Source: Planctomycetota bacterium (lineage in GTDB: Bacteria > Planctomycetota > GCA-002687715 > DRQF01). From it: 64,000 nt of DNA. The stretch spans positions 1 through 64,000 of the forward strand of contig JAZGFI010000117.1 in assembly GCA_036479435.1 (NCBI GenBank), written 5' to 3'. Under the pieces are notes generated by a model. The model saw only the letters and a program-made list of their open reading frames with translations. It did no database searches and was not told the DNA's origin. Below, piece after piece: positions 39,602 through 49,932 of this stretch; position 1 is the stretch's first letter; every line of letters starts with the position of its first letter. A program made the position numbers and the translations under genes.

Positions 39602-41851
39602 ATGAGGTTTTCCGACAACAACACACCACCGACACTCGACAGCCTATTCACGGAGTACGTCCACCGATTGGACGATGGCGCCGATGAAAGACTACTCGAA
39701 TCGCTCATTGAGTCCTCGCCACCACATTTTCGCGGAGAACTCCGTATTCGCTGCCGAGATGCCTACTCCATTCAGTCTTTCTTCTCGCGAAAACCGATGC
39801 CGGGTGCCGTGGTGGAGCCCGGTAGTCAAATCGACGACTTCGAGATTATTGCGGAAATAGGCCATGGAGCTATGGGCACGGTCTACCGGGCGCGCCAACT
39901 TAGCCTAAACCGCGAGGTAGCGCTCAAAATTGTACACAGTCGATTGGCCTGGGATGATGAAGTCCTTGCCCGATTTCGGCGCGAAGGCTTGGCTCTGGCC
40001 GCGTTAGAGCACCCGGGAATTGTCAGAGTCTATTCGGTTGGAGATGACCGGGGCCGTCCGTTCTTGGCGATGCAGTTGGTTGAGGGCAATGTTTTGGACT
40101 CAAACGAGCTCCAGGCACGCTTGAACCCCGCCGATCCGCAGGCCATTCAATTGGCGGTAGGCATCGCGATTCAAGTCCTTGACTCCCTTGAGTGTGCCCA
40201 CCGAGCAGGAATTGTTCACCGCGACGTCAAACCGGAAAACGTCGTCGTCACGGATTCCGGAAAAGCGACTTTGGTCGATTTCGGTCTCGCCGTATTCCGT
40301 GATCAGGTGCGCGCGACAGTCGCGGGACATGCGGTCGGCAGTCCGGCCTACATGAGCCCCGAGCGTCTTAACCTCAGCGCCGGTGACTTGCCGGTGGCCA
40401 GTGACGTTTGGTCCGTCGGAGTGTTGTTATTCGAAAGCCTCGCCGGGAAGTTGCCCTTTGGCGGCGACAATGCCGCCGAAGTCAGTCGCATGATCGCCAC
40501 CACGCGCGCTCCCAACTTGTGCAGCGTCGAAGCGACGGGAATCCCGAAGGCCCTCGCAGCCATTGTTCAGAAGGCCTTGGAACCCTCCAGGTCGCTGCGA
40601 TTTGAGACGGCCAAAGACTTCGCGGACGACCTTCGAGCCTTTTTGCAGGACGGCCCGATCCAAGCGATGGGCCTCGGCCAACGTTGCCGCTCGCATTTCG
40701 CTGCATTTTCGACTCGATACGCAACCGTGGTCCTCGCGCTCTTGATCACGACTGTGGTGGCCTTCTCCATGAAGACGATTCGCAACGAGAGCCGGTCGAA
40801 GATAGCCAAGCTCCAAGCGGCGATTCTCATTGGCGAGACGACCGAGAGTCCCCTTGACGTCCGTCTGTCGATTCTCCTTGCCGAAAGCATGACCGAGGGG
40901 GTCAATGTTGTCGTAGAGCCCATCAATCATTTCGATGGGCGACGCGGAGCGGCCGTGAGTCTGGGGTCTTTGCCGGTCACCAATGCGTCCTTGAAACGGG
41001 GTGACTACTTGTTGCACTTCGTGTCCGATTCTGGACGACGAGCCGAGCTGTTTGAGAGCCTTCTATAGCCGGGTGACGAGGTCACTATTGAGCTGGAAAC
41101 AAGTCAACTTTCCTTCCTCAACATGGAAGACATGATTCGCATTCCCGCGGGGCCAGCGCTCGTTGGCAACAGGACCGAACCAGCGGAAGCCTATTCGCTT
41201 CGTGAAGTCGACTTCGCTGAATTTTGGATCGACCGCCATGAAGTCACTTGCAGCCAGTGGCGCCACTACGCGCAGCAAGCGGACGCTGCGTGCCCTTGGG
41301 GCGAAGACGACCAGTATCAGGTTGCCTGGAACAGTCTCCCGGTTGTCGGTTTGTCATGGCTTGAGGCTGAGGGCTACGCGAACTTTCAGGGCAAGCGGCT
41401 TCCGACTTGGTCGGAATGGCAAAAGGCCGCCCGTGGCCCCGAAGGATTGGAGTTCCCCTGGGGCAATACTTGGGGCGACTCTGTCGATCAAAGCGCGGTC
41501 GTCAACCGCAGGATCGTCATCGACGGCGTGTCGCAAGCACTACCCTGGTTCGAGGGGCTTGCCAATGTCGGGACGACACTCGGAGACCAAAGCTACTACG
41601 GCGCCATGGATACGCTGGGGAATGCGCTTGAGTGGACGAGTTCGAGCTTCGTTCACTCCGGCGAGGATGGTCTCGTCATCAACCATGCCGCGAAGGTGAT
41701 ATCTGGCTTAGGGTGGAAGGACTCAATCGAGAGTATTGCCACCGATGTCCCCGGGCGTCGTCGCCTTGACATGTGTCTTTTTGGCCCCCTCGAGTGGCGG
41801 GGTCCCGGATTTCGTTGTGCAGTTAGTCTCAGTCTTAACGAAGGGAATTGA
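39602..41851 (+). CDS. Ser/Thr protein kinase fused to an FGE-sulfatase (SUMF1) domain, interrupted by one in-frame TAG at 41066-41068
   Basis: [33 protein letters not shown]; after the TAG the frame stays open (PGDEVTIEL...) into [31 protein letters not shown]. Confidence 0.8.
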
Positions 41852-41853
41852 GT

Positions 41854-42405
41854 ATGGGCGCCGCCATGTATGAGTGGGATCAGATCAACATCGGATATTC
41901 GATGCCGGATGTTGTGGACGCAGGGTTTAGGACTTTCGATGATCGAAGGTCGATGACCGTGGCAGTCCACGACAAACTGCGCACCTACTTCACCGACGAG
42001 TTCCCTTATTTCTGCCAACACGGAGGCGTCATCGAGGTCGCCGAAGAAGGCGGGCACATTGGCTCGGAGAAAATGAGTGATTGGCTCGACACGCAAATTC
42101 ACAACGGGACTCGAGAGGAATTCACCGGGCAAAAGATGATCGTGTTGCGCTGTGAACGCGGCGCGGTCGCCTTAGCGATTACAAATCCCAATCAAAACAA
42201 CATTCCCAATCCCAACCCCGGGATCAGTCAGGCTCAAAAACCCAACTACCGTTGGTGCTACCCACAAGGCGGCAAGTGGTACAACCGCGAGGTCTTTCGT
42301 TTGCAGGAGAAAGTCAACGACACTTGGCAAGACTGGAACCTTCCCGTCCAAGGAATCCTGCTTCCCATGATCGCCGTCGTCAGCTGGGAATGCCCTTTCC
42401 CTTAG
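41854..42405 (+). CDS. Hypothetical protein
   Basis: ORF abutting the FGE-domain stop; no recognised motif. Confidence 0.6.
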   Translation: MGAAMYEWDQINIGYSMPDVVDAGFRTFDDRRSMTVAVHDKLRTYFTDEFPYFCQHGGVIEVAEEGGHIGSEKMSDWLDTQIHNGTREEFTGQKMIVLRCERGAVALAITNPNQNNIPNPNPGISQAQKPNYRWCYPQGGKWYNREVFRLQEKVNDTWQDWNLPVQGILLPMIAVVSWECPFP

Positions 42406-42561
42406 GACCTAAGAAGCCTCATTGGCATTGGCACAAGGCTCTGCTGCGCATGAAGGCAGCGAGCTTGCGCCTTTGCCGGAGACTGAGTAAACTCGATAGT
42501 CTATGGATCGGGATCGTCGATTACGGTCGGCTCGAAAACTGACGAAGGAAGTCAATCGACA

Positions 42562-44649
42562 ATGCGCTCACTTTTCTTGGCACTCGTTCTGGTGGTCATT
42601 TTCTCTTGCAGTTCAGATGGACCAAACATCTACATCCCTGAGGGCGTCTCCCACGGCGACATCCCTCGAATCCACACGATCGGCGATAGCTCCATCATTA
42701 CTTTTGATGGGACTGAACAGCACGTCACGATTCCGGTGCGAGGTCGCCACCTTCAAGGAAGTCCCTGGAACGTTTCTATCGTCGGGGTCTCTCCGCTGCG
42801 CCTGGGGAAATTCAATGGTAAAGACTTCAGCATCGGGGATTTCTTTTTCGTCGTCGATACCTTCGACTACGGCGAGATCGTTATCAACAAGGAGTACTTC
42901 GCCAAACGGGGCCAGAACAACGACCGACTCAACATCGCGATTGGCCTGCATACTTCACCGGCCCGCAAAAAGTTCATCTCTGAGCTCGCACAGCTCGAGA
43001 ACGGCGGCAAGCTTCCCACCATTCCGGCTGCGCTCGAGAGGACAGACGAGCTTCAGAAGGCTCTGTGCGAAGTCTCTGGGGCCTTGCCCAAGAATGGAGA
43101 TATCAAACTCCTCAACGCCACGGCCTTCAAGGAAAAAGTGAGTCTCGCAAAGACTGCCGCCGAGAAAGCGAGCGCTAAGGACGAAAAGGCGTTGGCACCT
43201 GTCATCCGCAAGACTTTCAGTCTTCGCTCGGCGAAGTCTTATCGAGAATCGGATCTGAGCCAGCGCGTCAGTTTCTCCGATCTCAAGGCCTTTCCTCTCA
43301 GTTCTGAGACCGTCCGCGAGCTGTTTGGGGAAGCAACTGATGATGCCTTTTACGTAGTGGCGATTCGAATTCGAAATCCCGGTAAAGAAAACCGCTTCGT
43401 GACCACAGGGCTCATCTCGGCCCAGGGCTCCGTGGCGATTTTCCCTCGCGACGAAGATTCGGAACCAGTCTTTACGATACCCGTGAAGGTCACCCCGCGC
43501 CGAGCGTCTTTGGTTTACAAGTACGTTGACGATGACAGCCTGGAGCGCCCTCGGGCCTGGTTCTTTAGATCCTTGACCTTTGTTGGAGCCTTGGCCACGG
43601 GTTTTGGGAGCGTTTTCGACTATTCCAAAAACCTCACGCAAGTTGTGAGCCTGTTCACCGGTATTGCCATCCCGGAAGGCGACAAGCTTTGGCCCAATCG
43701 AGAGCGGCGCAACCTCGCGAACATCGTGACTTTCTCTCTTCCAGACTTAGTCAAAGTTCCCGCGATGTCGAGTGCCGGAGGCATCCTCTTTTTCTCCAAA
43801 CGCGAGCTTCATTCGTTGGTCAGTGATCCTAGCCATCTGGCCATCAGGAACCGTCGTGGCCAAGGAACCGAGAGCGCCCGTGGTAGCGGTGGAACTTTGG
43901 GTCAGTCGAGTCAACTCTTGGCGCAGCTCGAGATGGAGTCTTTTGACATCATCTACGAGAAATCAGCCAACGAGGACGAAGCGAGGGCCTTGCGCATTTT
44001 GTTCAATCAGATCAATGCTGATGCTGTGAGTCGTCGTAACCGGGCGTTTAACGAAGCCCAGGCCGCGGCGGATGTCTTCACGTCGGCACTATCCAATGGA
44101 GTTGCGGCTGTTGCTGATGGCACAGGAAAGTTGTTGATCGTAAAACAGCTAGAGGTTAAGCCGTCGCCAAATCCGAAGCTGCTACCCCACATAGCACTGG
44201 ACTTGAAACTCACTGATCTGAAGGCCGCGAACGATGAACTGAAATCCGTCTGGACCGCAATCAAGGCCGATCCCTTCAAAAACATCAAAGATCGATTCAA
44301 GACCGCAGTGACTTCGGTTGATGCACTTGTAAGCGAGTTGGGGCGTGAAACTGAGCCCGGCGCGAGAGGTCGCATCTCAGGGCGGATAGACCGGCAAATC
44401 CGAGATATTGACTCGATCCGGGATGACTGGAAGAACCTCCTACTCCTAAGAAAGGAAGTAGCGGTGACACCGGCTGGTGGAAGCAAAGCCCTAAAGACAA
44501 CAACTTTCAAAAAGTCATTGGAGGCACTCGTCAGTGCAACGACAGCCTTTAAGTCGGCGCTCTCGACGGCCCGCGCTGACCTCATCGCTGCATCCAATGC
44601 CGCGACCGGCGGCAAGATTACCGCGGAAGAGTTTGCGACATTGGATTGA
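42562..44649 (+). CDS. Hypothetical lipoprotein, 695 aa
   Basis: Lipobox-like VIFSC, beta-rich N-terminus, helical C-terminus. Confidence 0.7.
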   Translation: MRSLFLALVLVVIFSCSSDGPNIYIPEGVSHGDIPRIHTIGDSSIITFDGTEQHVTIPVRGRHLQGSPWNVSIVGVSPLRLGKFNGKDFSIGDFFFVVDTFDYGEIVINKEYFAKRGQNNDRLNIAIGLHTSPARKKFISELAQLENGGKLPTIPAALERTDELQKALCEVSGALPKNGDIKLLNATAFKEKVSLAKTAAEKASAKDEKALAPVIRKTFSLRSAKSYRESDLSQRVSFSDLKAFPLSSETVRELFGEATDDAFYVVAIRIRNPGKENRFVTTGLISAQGSVAIFPRDEDSEPVFTIPVKVTPRRASLVYKYVDDDSLERPRAWFFRSLTFVGALATGFGSVFDYSKNLTQVVSLFTGIAIPEGDKLWPNRERRNLANIVTFSLPDLVKVPAMSSAGGILFFSKRELHSLVSDPSHLAIRNRRGQGTESARGSGGTLGQSSQLLAQLEMESFDIIYEKSANEDEARALRILFNQINADAVSRRNRAFNEAQAAADVFTSALSNGVAAVADGTGKLLIVKQLEVKPSPNPKLLPHIALDLKLTDLKAANDELKSVWTAIKADPFKNIKDRFKTAVTSVDALVSELGRETEPGARGRISGRIDRQIRDIDSIRDDWKNLLLLRKEVAVTPAGGSKALKTTTFKKSLEALVSATTAFKSALSTARADLIAASNAATGGKITAEEFATLD

Positions 44650-44757
44650 GTCTTCTGGGCTCCTCGACCGAGCGAGTGCCGGACTAATCTTGGGTTTTCG
44701 CAAATCGGAAACTCAGTCGCGGCGCGCGAAGCGTAGGTCGATCTCAGCTCGAAAGCC

Positions 44758-46110
44758 CTAGGCGCTGGAGTGGCCGGCGGATTCGTCGCGGAGACGGGCG
44801 GCGATGTCCTTTTCGGACTTTCGGCTTAGTGGTTCTCTAGCTTTGGATGGACGCGTTGCTTTGGTGGCGGTGGGTTCGGAGATTACTTCAAGATCCGCCA
44901 AGCCGTCTGCAGGAGTGGCGGCATCGGGAAGGGGATTGTTGGCACTGGCGCCGCGGCCGATGGCTTGGTTGCCGAACTTCTCGCGGATCTTGTCCATGGT
45001 GTGCATGACGCGGTCGCGGCGATCGTCGCGATCTTCGAAGAGGCTGAGTTGTTCTTCGGAGTGACAGTCTTCGAGGTCGGCGGCGGTGACGCCGATAAGG
45101 CGCAGGGGACGTTGTCGGTCCCAACTGGCTCTTAGCAGGCGTTGGGCAGTTTCTTCGAGGCTTTGATCATCGCTGATGGCGCGCGGCATGCGGCATTGGC
45201 GGGTGATGGTTTCGAAGGGCGGAAAACGGAGTTTTAGACGGATCGTGTTGCCGGCAACACCGGAGCGGCGCAAACGGCGACCGACCTCTTCGCAAAGGGC
45301 GGCGATGACTTTTTGGGCGTCTTGCGGCCGGCGCAGATCTCGTTCGAAAGTACGTTCGTTGCCGATGGTCTTGGCGGCGCGTGAGCTGACGACGGGGCGC
45401 GGGTCATGGCCTTGGATGAGTCGCGAGAAGTGATCCGTGGCAGTATCGCCCAAAAGCCGGCGAAGCAGGCGTTCGGGGGCTCCGGCGAGATCTCCGATGG
45501 TCATGATGCCGACGCGTTCGAGGCGCTGTCGCGTCATCTTACCCGCACCCCAAAGACGCGAAATCGGAAGTACGGCGAGGAACTTCGCCTCTTGGCCGGG
45601 CGGCACTTCGACAAAACCCTTGGGCTTCTCCAGATCTGAGGCGATCTTTGCGACGTACTTGGAGGTCGCGATGCCGATCGAAATCACGAGGTCGGTTTGT
45701 TCTTTGACTTCAGCTCGAAGGCTCTCGGCGATTTGGCGGGCGGAACCAAACAGCCGTTCGGAGCCGGTGACGTCCAAAAAGGCTTCATCAAGCGAGAGCG
45801 GTTCGACCAATGGGGTGTAGCGGTCGAAGATCGCACGGATCTGTTTGGAGACCGCGGCGTATTCGCGCATGCGGGGCGTGACGAAGGCCGCGGTGGGGCA
45901 ACGCCTGCGCGCGGCCGCCGTCGGTTGTGCCGAGTGAATGCCAAACTGGCGCGCCTCGTAGGATGCGGCCGAGACCACCCCGCGACGACCCAAGCCCGCC
46001 ACGACCACCGGACGGCCCCGCAAAGAGGGGTCGTCGCGTTGTTCGACGGAGGCGTAAAACGCGTCCATGTCGGCGTGAATGATGCGGCGGCTCAAATCCA
46101 TGTCGCGCAT
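44758..46110 (-). CDS. dinB: DNA polymerase IV
   Basis: HADMDAFYASVE, SYEAR, SLDEAFLD, AKIASD..KP. Confidence 0.95.
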   Translation of the reverse strand: MRDMDLSRRIIHADMDAFYASVEQRDDPSLRGRPVVVAGLGRRGVVSAASYEARQFGIHSAQPTAAARRRCPTAAFVTPRMREYAAVSKQIRAIFDRYTPLVEPLSLDEAFLDVTGSERLFGSARQIAESLRAEVKEQTDLVISIGIATSKYVAKIASDLEKPKGFVEVPPGQEAKFLAVLPISRLWGAGKMTRQRLERVGIMTIGDLAGAPERLLRRLLGDTATDHFSRLIQGHDPRPVVSSRAAKTIGNERTFERDLRRPQDAQKVIAALCEEVGRRLRRSGVAGNTIRLKLRFPPFETITRQCRMPRAISDDQSLEETAQRLLRASWDRQRPLRLIGVTAADLEDCHSEEQLSLFEDRDDRRDRVMHTMDKIREKFGNQAIGRGASANNPLPDAATPADGLADLEVISEPTATKATRPSKAREPLSRKSEKDIAARLRDESAGHSSA

Positions 46111-46111
46111 T

Positions 46112-46798
46112 CTATGCCGAGACGGGGTCGATGGTCAGCTCGCCGGTTTCGGCTAGTTTTCGGGCGCGCAGGAGCTCTTCGAAGTTGGGCTTATGAATAT
46201 CGAATGGCAAATGACAACGTACTTCCCCTTCCGCCAGAACAGCCGGGAGGCCGGCTGAGACCAGTTCTGGCCAGGTCCTTTGCGGGCAGCTCGTCAAAAA
46301 AAGATCGGGTTCGCCGGCCTCATCGATCCAAGATTGCAATCGCTCAGAAACCTCTTCGAGCAAGCTCTTCCAATTTTGGAGACGGAGTCTCGATCCGTAG
46401 CGGGATTTGCCTTTGGTCTTTAAGTGGGCGGGTTGAGCTCTGCCTTGGCCCCGGACGACGTATTTCTTGATGACTTTGTGGAGGATGAGCTCACCGTCAT
46501 CAAAAACGCCGATGGCGGCGGCACCGGCTTGCAACAGCAACATGAATTCGATGCCGAGGTCGTCAAAGTCTGAGATGGCCTCCAAAAAAGCCGGGGCTTC
46601 CAAGTTCGGAAAACGGCCCGCGAGCAGGGTAGGCGGGGCGAAAACGATGGTGGCGCCCGCGGCGTTCCGGCCGCGGTAGACAAGGCGCCGGTCGCCGGCT
46701 TTTTCCATCGGACCGTCGGCCAGGCAATTCGCCAAATGATGGGCAGTGTCGTTCCAGGCGAAACGGAGCAGCTTCGATGCGGGTTCGTCGGCGGTCAT
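46112..46798 (-). CDS. VLRF1 (Vms1/ANKZF1-like aeRF1-family) ribosome rescue factor
   Basis: LLQAGAAAIG, HKVIKKYVVRGQGRAQ, KGKSRYGSRLRLQN. Confidence 0.7.
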   Translation of the reverse strand: MTADEPASKLLRFAWNDTAHHLANCLADGPMEKAGDRRLVYRGRNAAGATIVFAPPTLLAGRFPNLEAPAFLEAISDFDDLGIEFMLLLQAGAAAIGVFDDGELILHKVIKKYVVRGQGRAQPAHLKTKGKSRYGSRLRLQNWKSLLEEVSERLQSWIDEAGEPDLFLTSCPQRTWPELVSAGLPAVLAEGEVRCHLPFDIHKPNFEELLRARKLAETGELTIDPVSA

Positions 46799-46849
46799 AT
46801 CTGCTATTGCGGCTCGAAGTCACATCCGAAAAAGGGCGCTGGTGTAAAG

Positions 46850-47710
46850 CTACTTGGGTGCGAGCGTGCGGGCGGGGTCGAGCGATGTGCGTTTGGCGGC
46901 ATTCGCGTTGTCTTGCCCGCGCAAGAGTATACGTTGCCAAGACCCGTAGGTCGGGTTGGGAAGACAATGCCAGGAGTGGCCGAAGCGATGGCGGTAGGCG
47001 TCAAACATGGCTTGCCGGGTCAAGGGATCTTTTTTGACCTTGCCGTTGAAGTCGTTCAGGTCGTCTCCGATCAAGAGCAAGACGCGGTGAGTGTTCGTCA
47101 CGACCTTGCGCCTTGAGGTCTTGTCGGAAGTCCAGTCCGGCTGCTCGCCTTTCATCATGACCGTGTCCAACTTGGCGTTGACGGGAAAGCCCCAGCGCAA
47201 AAGGTTTCGCCGTGTGGCCTTCTCAACGTTCTTATCGCGGTTGGTGATGTAAAAGATCTCAACGCCGAGTTGAGCGGCGCGCCGGGCGAAGGCCAAAGCG
47301 CCCGGAACTGGCTTGGCCTTGCCTTCGTCGCACCACTTTTTTCAGCTCTTTGGAGCATAGTTTTCGCCGTCCAAGATCAGGCGAGCTTGGTAGGGTGAAT
47401 TGTCGAGAACCGTTTCATCGATGTCCACGATAACGGCGGGGGGCAGCAAAAGTGCGAAGGGCCCCTGTTCCAGCGCTCCAGACCAACTCGGATCGTGCAG
47501 TGATTCCTCAAGGCGCGTTTGGGCCAGCATCCAAAGTTGTTTGCAGATCGCATCGCGCTCGGCGGAGACTTGAAGCCACAAGGTGGCGTCGAGCCCGTCG
47601 TGGGCCATCGGGACTCTTGGGCTTGGGTGCGCTGAAGGATCAGCATCAAAGTTGAGGCTACTCGCCGCGGCGAAGATACCCGCCATCAAGAAGAGTCTGA
47701 GGTCTTTCAT
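46850..47710 (-). pseudogene. Class C acid phosphatase / e(P4)-type 5'-nucleotidase with in-frame TGA at 47342-47344
   Basis: VDIDETVLDNSPY...APKS*KKWCDEG..VPGAL, FYITNR, IGDDLNDF, PNPTYGSW, all in one frame. Confidence 0.8.
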
Positions 47711-47736
47711 GCTGGGACTCTATCCCGTCTTTTGCG

Positions 47737-49932
47737 CTAGCCCAAAAGGCTGCGGACGCGGCGGCAAGCGTTCCGAAACCTCACTAGGTCTGCGGCGTCG
47801 GCGTCTCGGTTGCCGTAAAAGACCTGGTCGAGGATCGTTTCGAGTTCTAACAAGGGTGCGTCGAGCTGGGGATCATGGCTCGCCCAGCGAAGGCGGTGCT
47901 CGTGCGGCGTTTGCTGCAGTCGGCGGTGGCGGCGGCGACGTTCAAGTCGTCCTTGGAGAAGCTGATATTCCTCGGCGATGATCCGGCGGGGGTCTGTCTC
48001 TTCCAAAGCGGAGAGCCGTTCCAAAAATTGCTGACGTACTCTTGAGTCTTGGGCATCCGTTAGCGATGTGCCGCGTTCCGTGGCGCGTCTGGCGAGGAAG
48101 AGCAAAAAAACTACTCCGAATAACAGGGCCAAGTCGGGGAAGAGTCGTAATCCCCAGGTCCCACTATCTGAAGTCGCGACTTCAAGCGGGGCCGGAAGAA
48201 CTTCCTCGCCGCCCCGAAGATGGGCTGTCGGGTCAAAAGGCAACCAGCGCCCATCGTCGAGCAAGATCTCTACCCAAGCGTGGGCGCGGGCGTTGATGAC
48301 CTTGAAGTCCTTTCGAGCCGGGTCGAACTCGGCACCGGCGTAGCCGCCGGCGATGCGAGCCTGGACGCCTTTTGCGCGGAGCAACAAGATCGCGGCCGTC
48401 GCAAAATACATGCAGTCGCCGCGATGCGCCGAATTCATGAAGACCTCAAAGCGTCGCTCTACCTTGTCAGGTAGCCAGTCCAATTCAGTGTCGTATTTGA
48501 AGTTGTCGCGAAAGTAGGCGCCCAGCTTTTTGATTCTGGGGGCAATCGACGTCGTCGAGCCGAAGATATTGTCGGCAATCAACCTGAGATTGACCTTGAG
48601 ATGCCGGTAGGAGGGGTACCCGCGGTAGCGGTCGTCACCGCGGGTCTCGTGGCGAGCGTTCGAGTAGAGCATCGTCGCTCGGTGAGGGCGGTGGAACATG
48701 CGTAGGTCGTAGTGACTTCCGGTGGGGATGTCCGGCAAATCCGGAGCGAATTCATTGGCCTCTGAGCGGATGTAGGCCGCGGCAGCTTTCGCCGCGCTTG
48801 GGGTCACGAAATACCGCGTTCGGTAGGGTAGAAAAATCTTGGTGACGACTGGGGACACGATGGTGATGCGCCATGACTCTTGTGGCAGCCGAAGCCGTCG
48901 GCGTTCGACCGCGATGCGTTCATTGGCTCGCCACTGCTGTCTCTTGGTCCTGATGCCTTCGCGTTCCCATTTGTTTTCGTGAACGAGATACTTGTTGAAG
49001 ATTTGGGCGCGTAGCAGCAGGCCTCGGGCTGGAAGATCACTCTTGGAGCCAGGAATGACTTTGCCTTTGTCGTCAAGTCGGGCCAGGCGCAAGGCTAGCC
49101 GCTGATCACCGCGTGCGCTCGCGATTGCGCCGAGGCTCATTTCGTCGTCGAATCCGATCAAGCGGCTGCCGTTCGTGCCCGTTTCCCGAGGACCGTTTTG
49201 AGTGTCGAGTTCACGGTTGTGGGGGCGGCCTTGCCACAGCGATGGCAAGATCCGTTCGCGATCGGCCAAAAAGGGCAGATCCAAGCGTGGGTAGAGGAAC
49301 TGAAAACAGATGATAAACATCACGGCAACGCTCACGGCAACCGTCAACGCGGCGAACCCGTTGCGTCGAAGATCTAGGCTCGGGCTTTTATTGCGGGGGT
49401 GAATATCAAAAAGCTGATGCCGCGTTTGGGCGGACACCGCCATGCCCAAGACCCACAATGGCAAAAAGATCATGGCATCGGGGCGACGTTCAAGCAGGGC
49501 CATGAGAACGAGGCCTCCCGACAGAAAGTCGAGGAGTCGATAGATGGGCGGCAGAAAGGACAAAAAAGCCAAGCACCAGGTCAAGAGTGCTAATAGCGCT
49601 GTCCCCAAAAACAGCGGCGAATCCGCTGGCGCGGAGTCGAGCATGAGTTCATATCCGGTGTAGCCCAGACAAATGGCCACCAAGGTCACGATGGCCGCCA
49701 AGGCAAAGCTCTTTCGATCACCGCGGGGCCAAGATCTCGAGCGCAGAAAATCAGCGAATGTCACGGGCAGCAACACCCAGACGCCGAGCAGCACCGAGGT
49801 CATCCATGGCGCCTGCACAAAAGAGGCCTGCGTCGAAAACAAGACCGCTGAAGTCAAGGCGAGCCAGTCTGCGGCCAACAAGCAATAAAGGGCGCGGCGG
49901 CGGGGGACTTGGTGTTCGTGGCTGAAGTTCAC
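47737..49932 (-). CDS. Transglutaminase-like membrane protein (TgpA/DUF3488 type)
   Basis: Multi-TM N-terminus, GDCMYFATA, AHAWVE, FDPT. Confidence 0.88.
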   Translation of the reverse strand: MNFSHEHQVPRRRALYCLLAADWLALTSAVLFSTQASFVQAPWMTSVLLGVWVLLPVTFADFLRSRSWPRGDRKSFALAAIVTLVAICLGYTGYELMLDSAPADSPLFLGTALLALLTWCLAFLSFLPPIYRLLDFLSGGLVLMALLERRPDAMIFLPLWVLGMAVSAQTRHQLFDIHPRNKSPSLDLRRNGFAALTVAVSVAVMFIICFQFLYPRLDLPFLADRERILPSLWQGRPHNRELDTQNGPRETGTNGSRLIGFDDEMSLGAIASARGDQRLALRLARLDDKGKVIPGSKSDLPARGLLLRAQIFNKYLVHENKWEREGIRTKRQQWRANERIAVERRRLRLPQESWRITIVSPVVTKIFLPYRTRYFVTPSAAKAAAAYIRSEANEFAPDLPDIPTGSHYDLRMFHRPHRATMLYSNARHETRGDDRYRGYPSYRHLKVNLRLIADNIFGSTTSIAPRIKKLGAYFRDNFKYDTELDWLPDKVERRFEVFMNSAHRGDCMYFATAAILLLRAKGVQARIAGGYAGAEFDPARKDFKVINARAHAWVEILLDDGRWLPFDPTAHLRGGEEVLPAPLEVATSDSGTWGLRLFPDLALLFGVVFLLFLARRATERGTSLTDAQDSRVRQQFLERLSALEETDPRRIIAEEYQLLQGRLERRRRHRRLQQTPHEHRLRWASHDPQLDAPLLELETILDQVFYGNRDADAADLVRFRNACRRVRSLLG

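Noticed and set aside
41123..42405. DGR target (FGE/CLec fold) with template repeat
   Set aside because: No reverse transcriptase and no adenine-variant repeat of the FGE 3' end noticed in the window.
37339..44700. tRNA-Pro-anchored integrative element
   Set aside because: No integrase and no duplicated tRNA 3' end noticed; hemH follows the tRNA directly.
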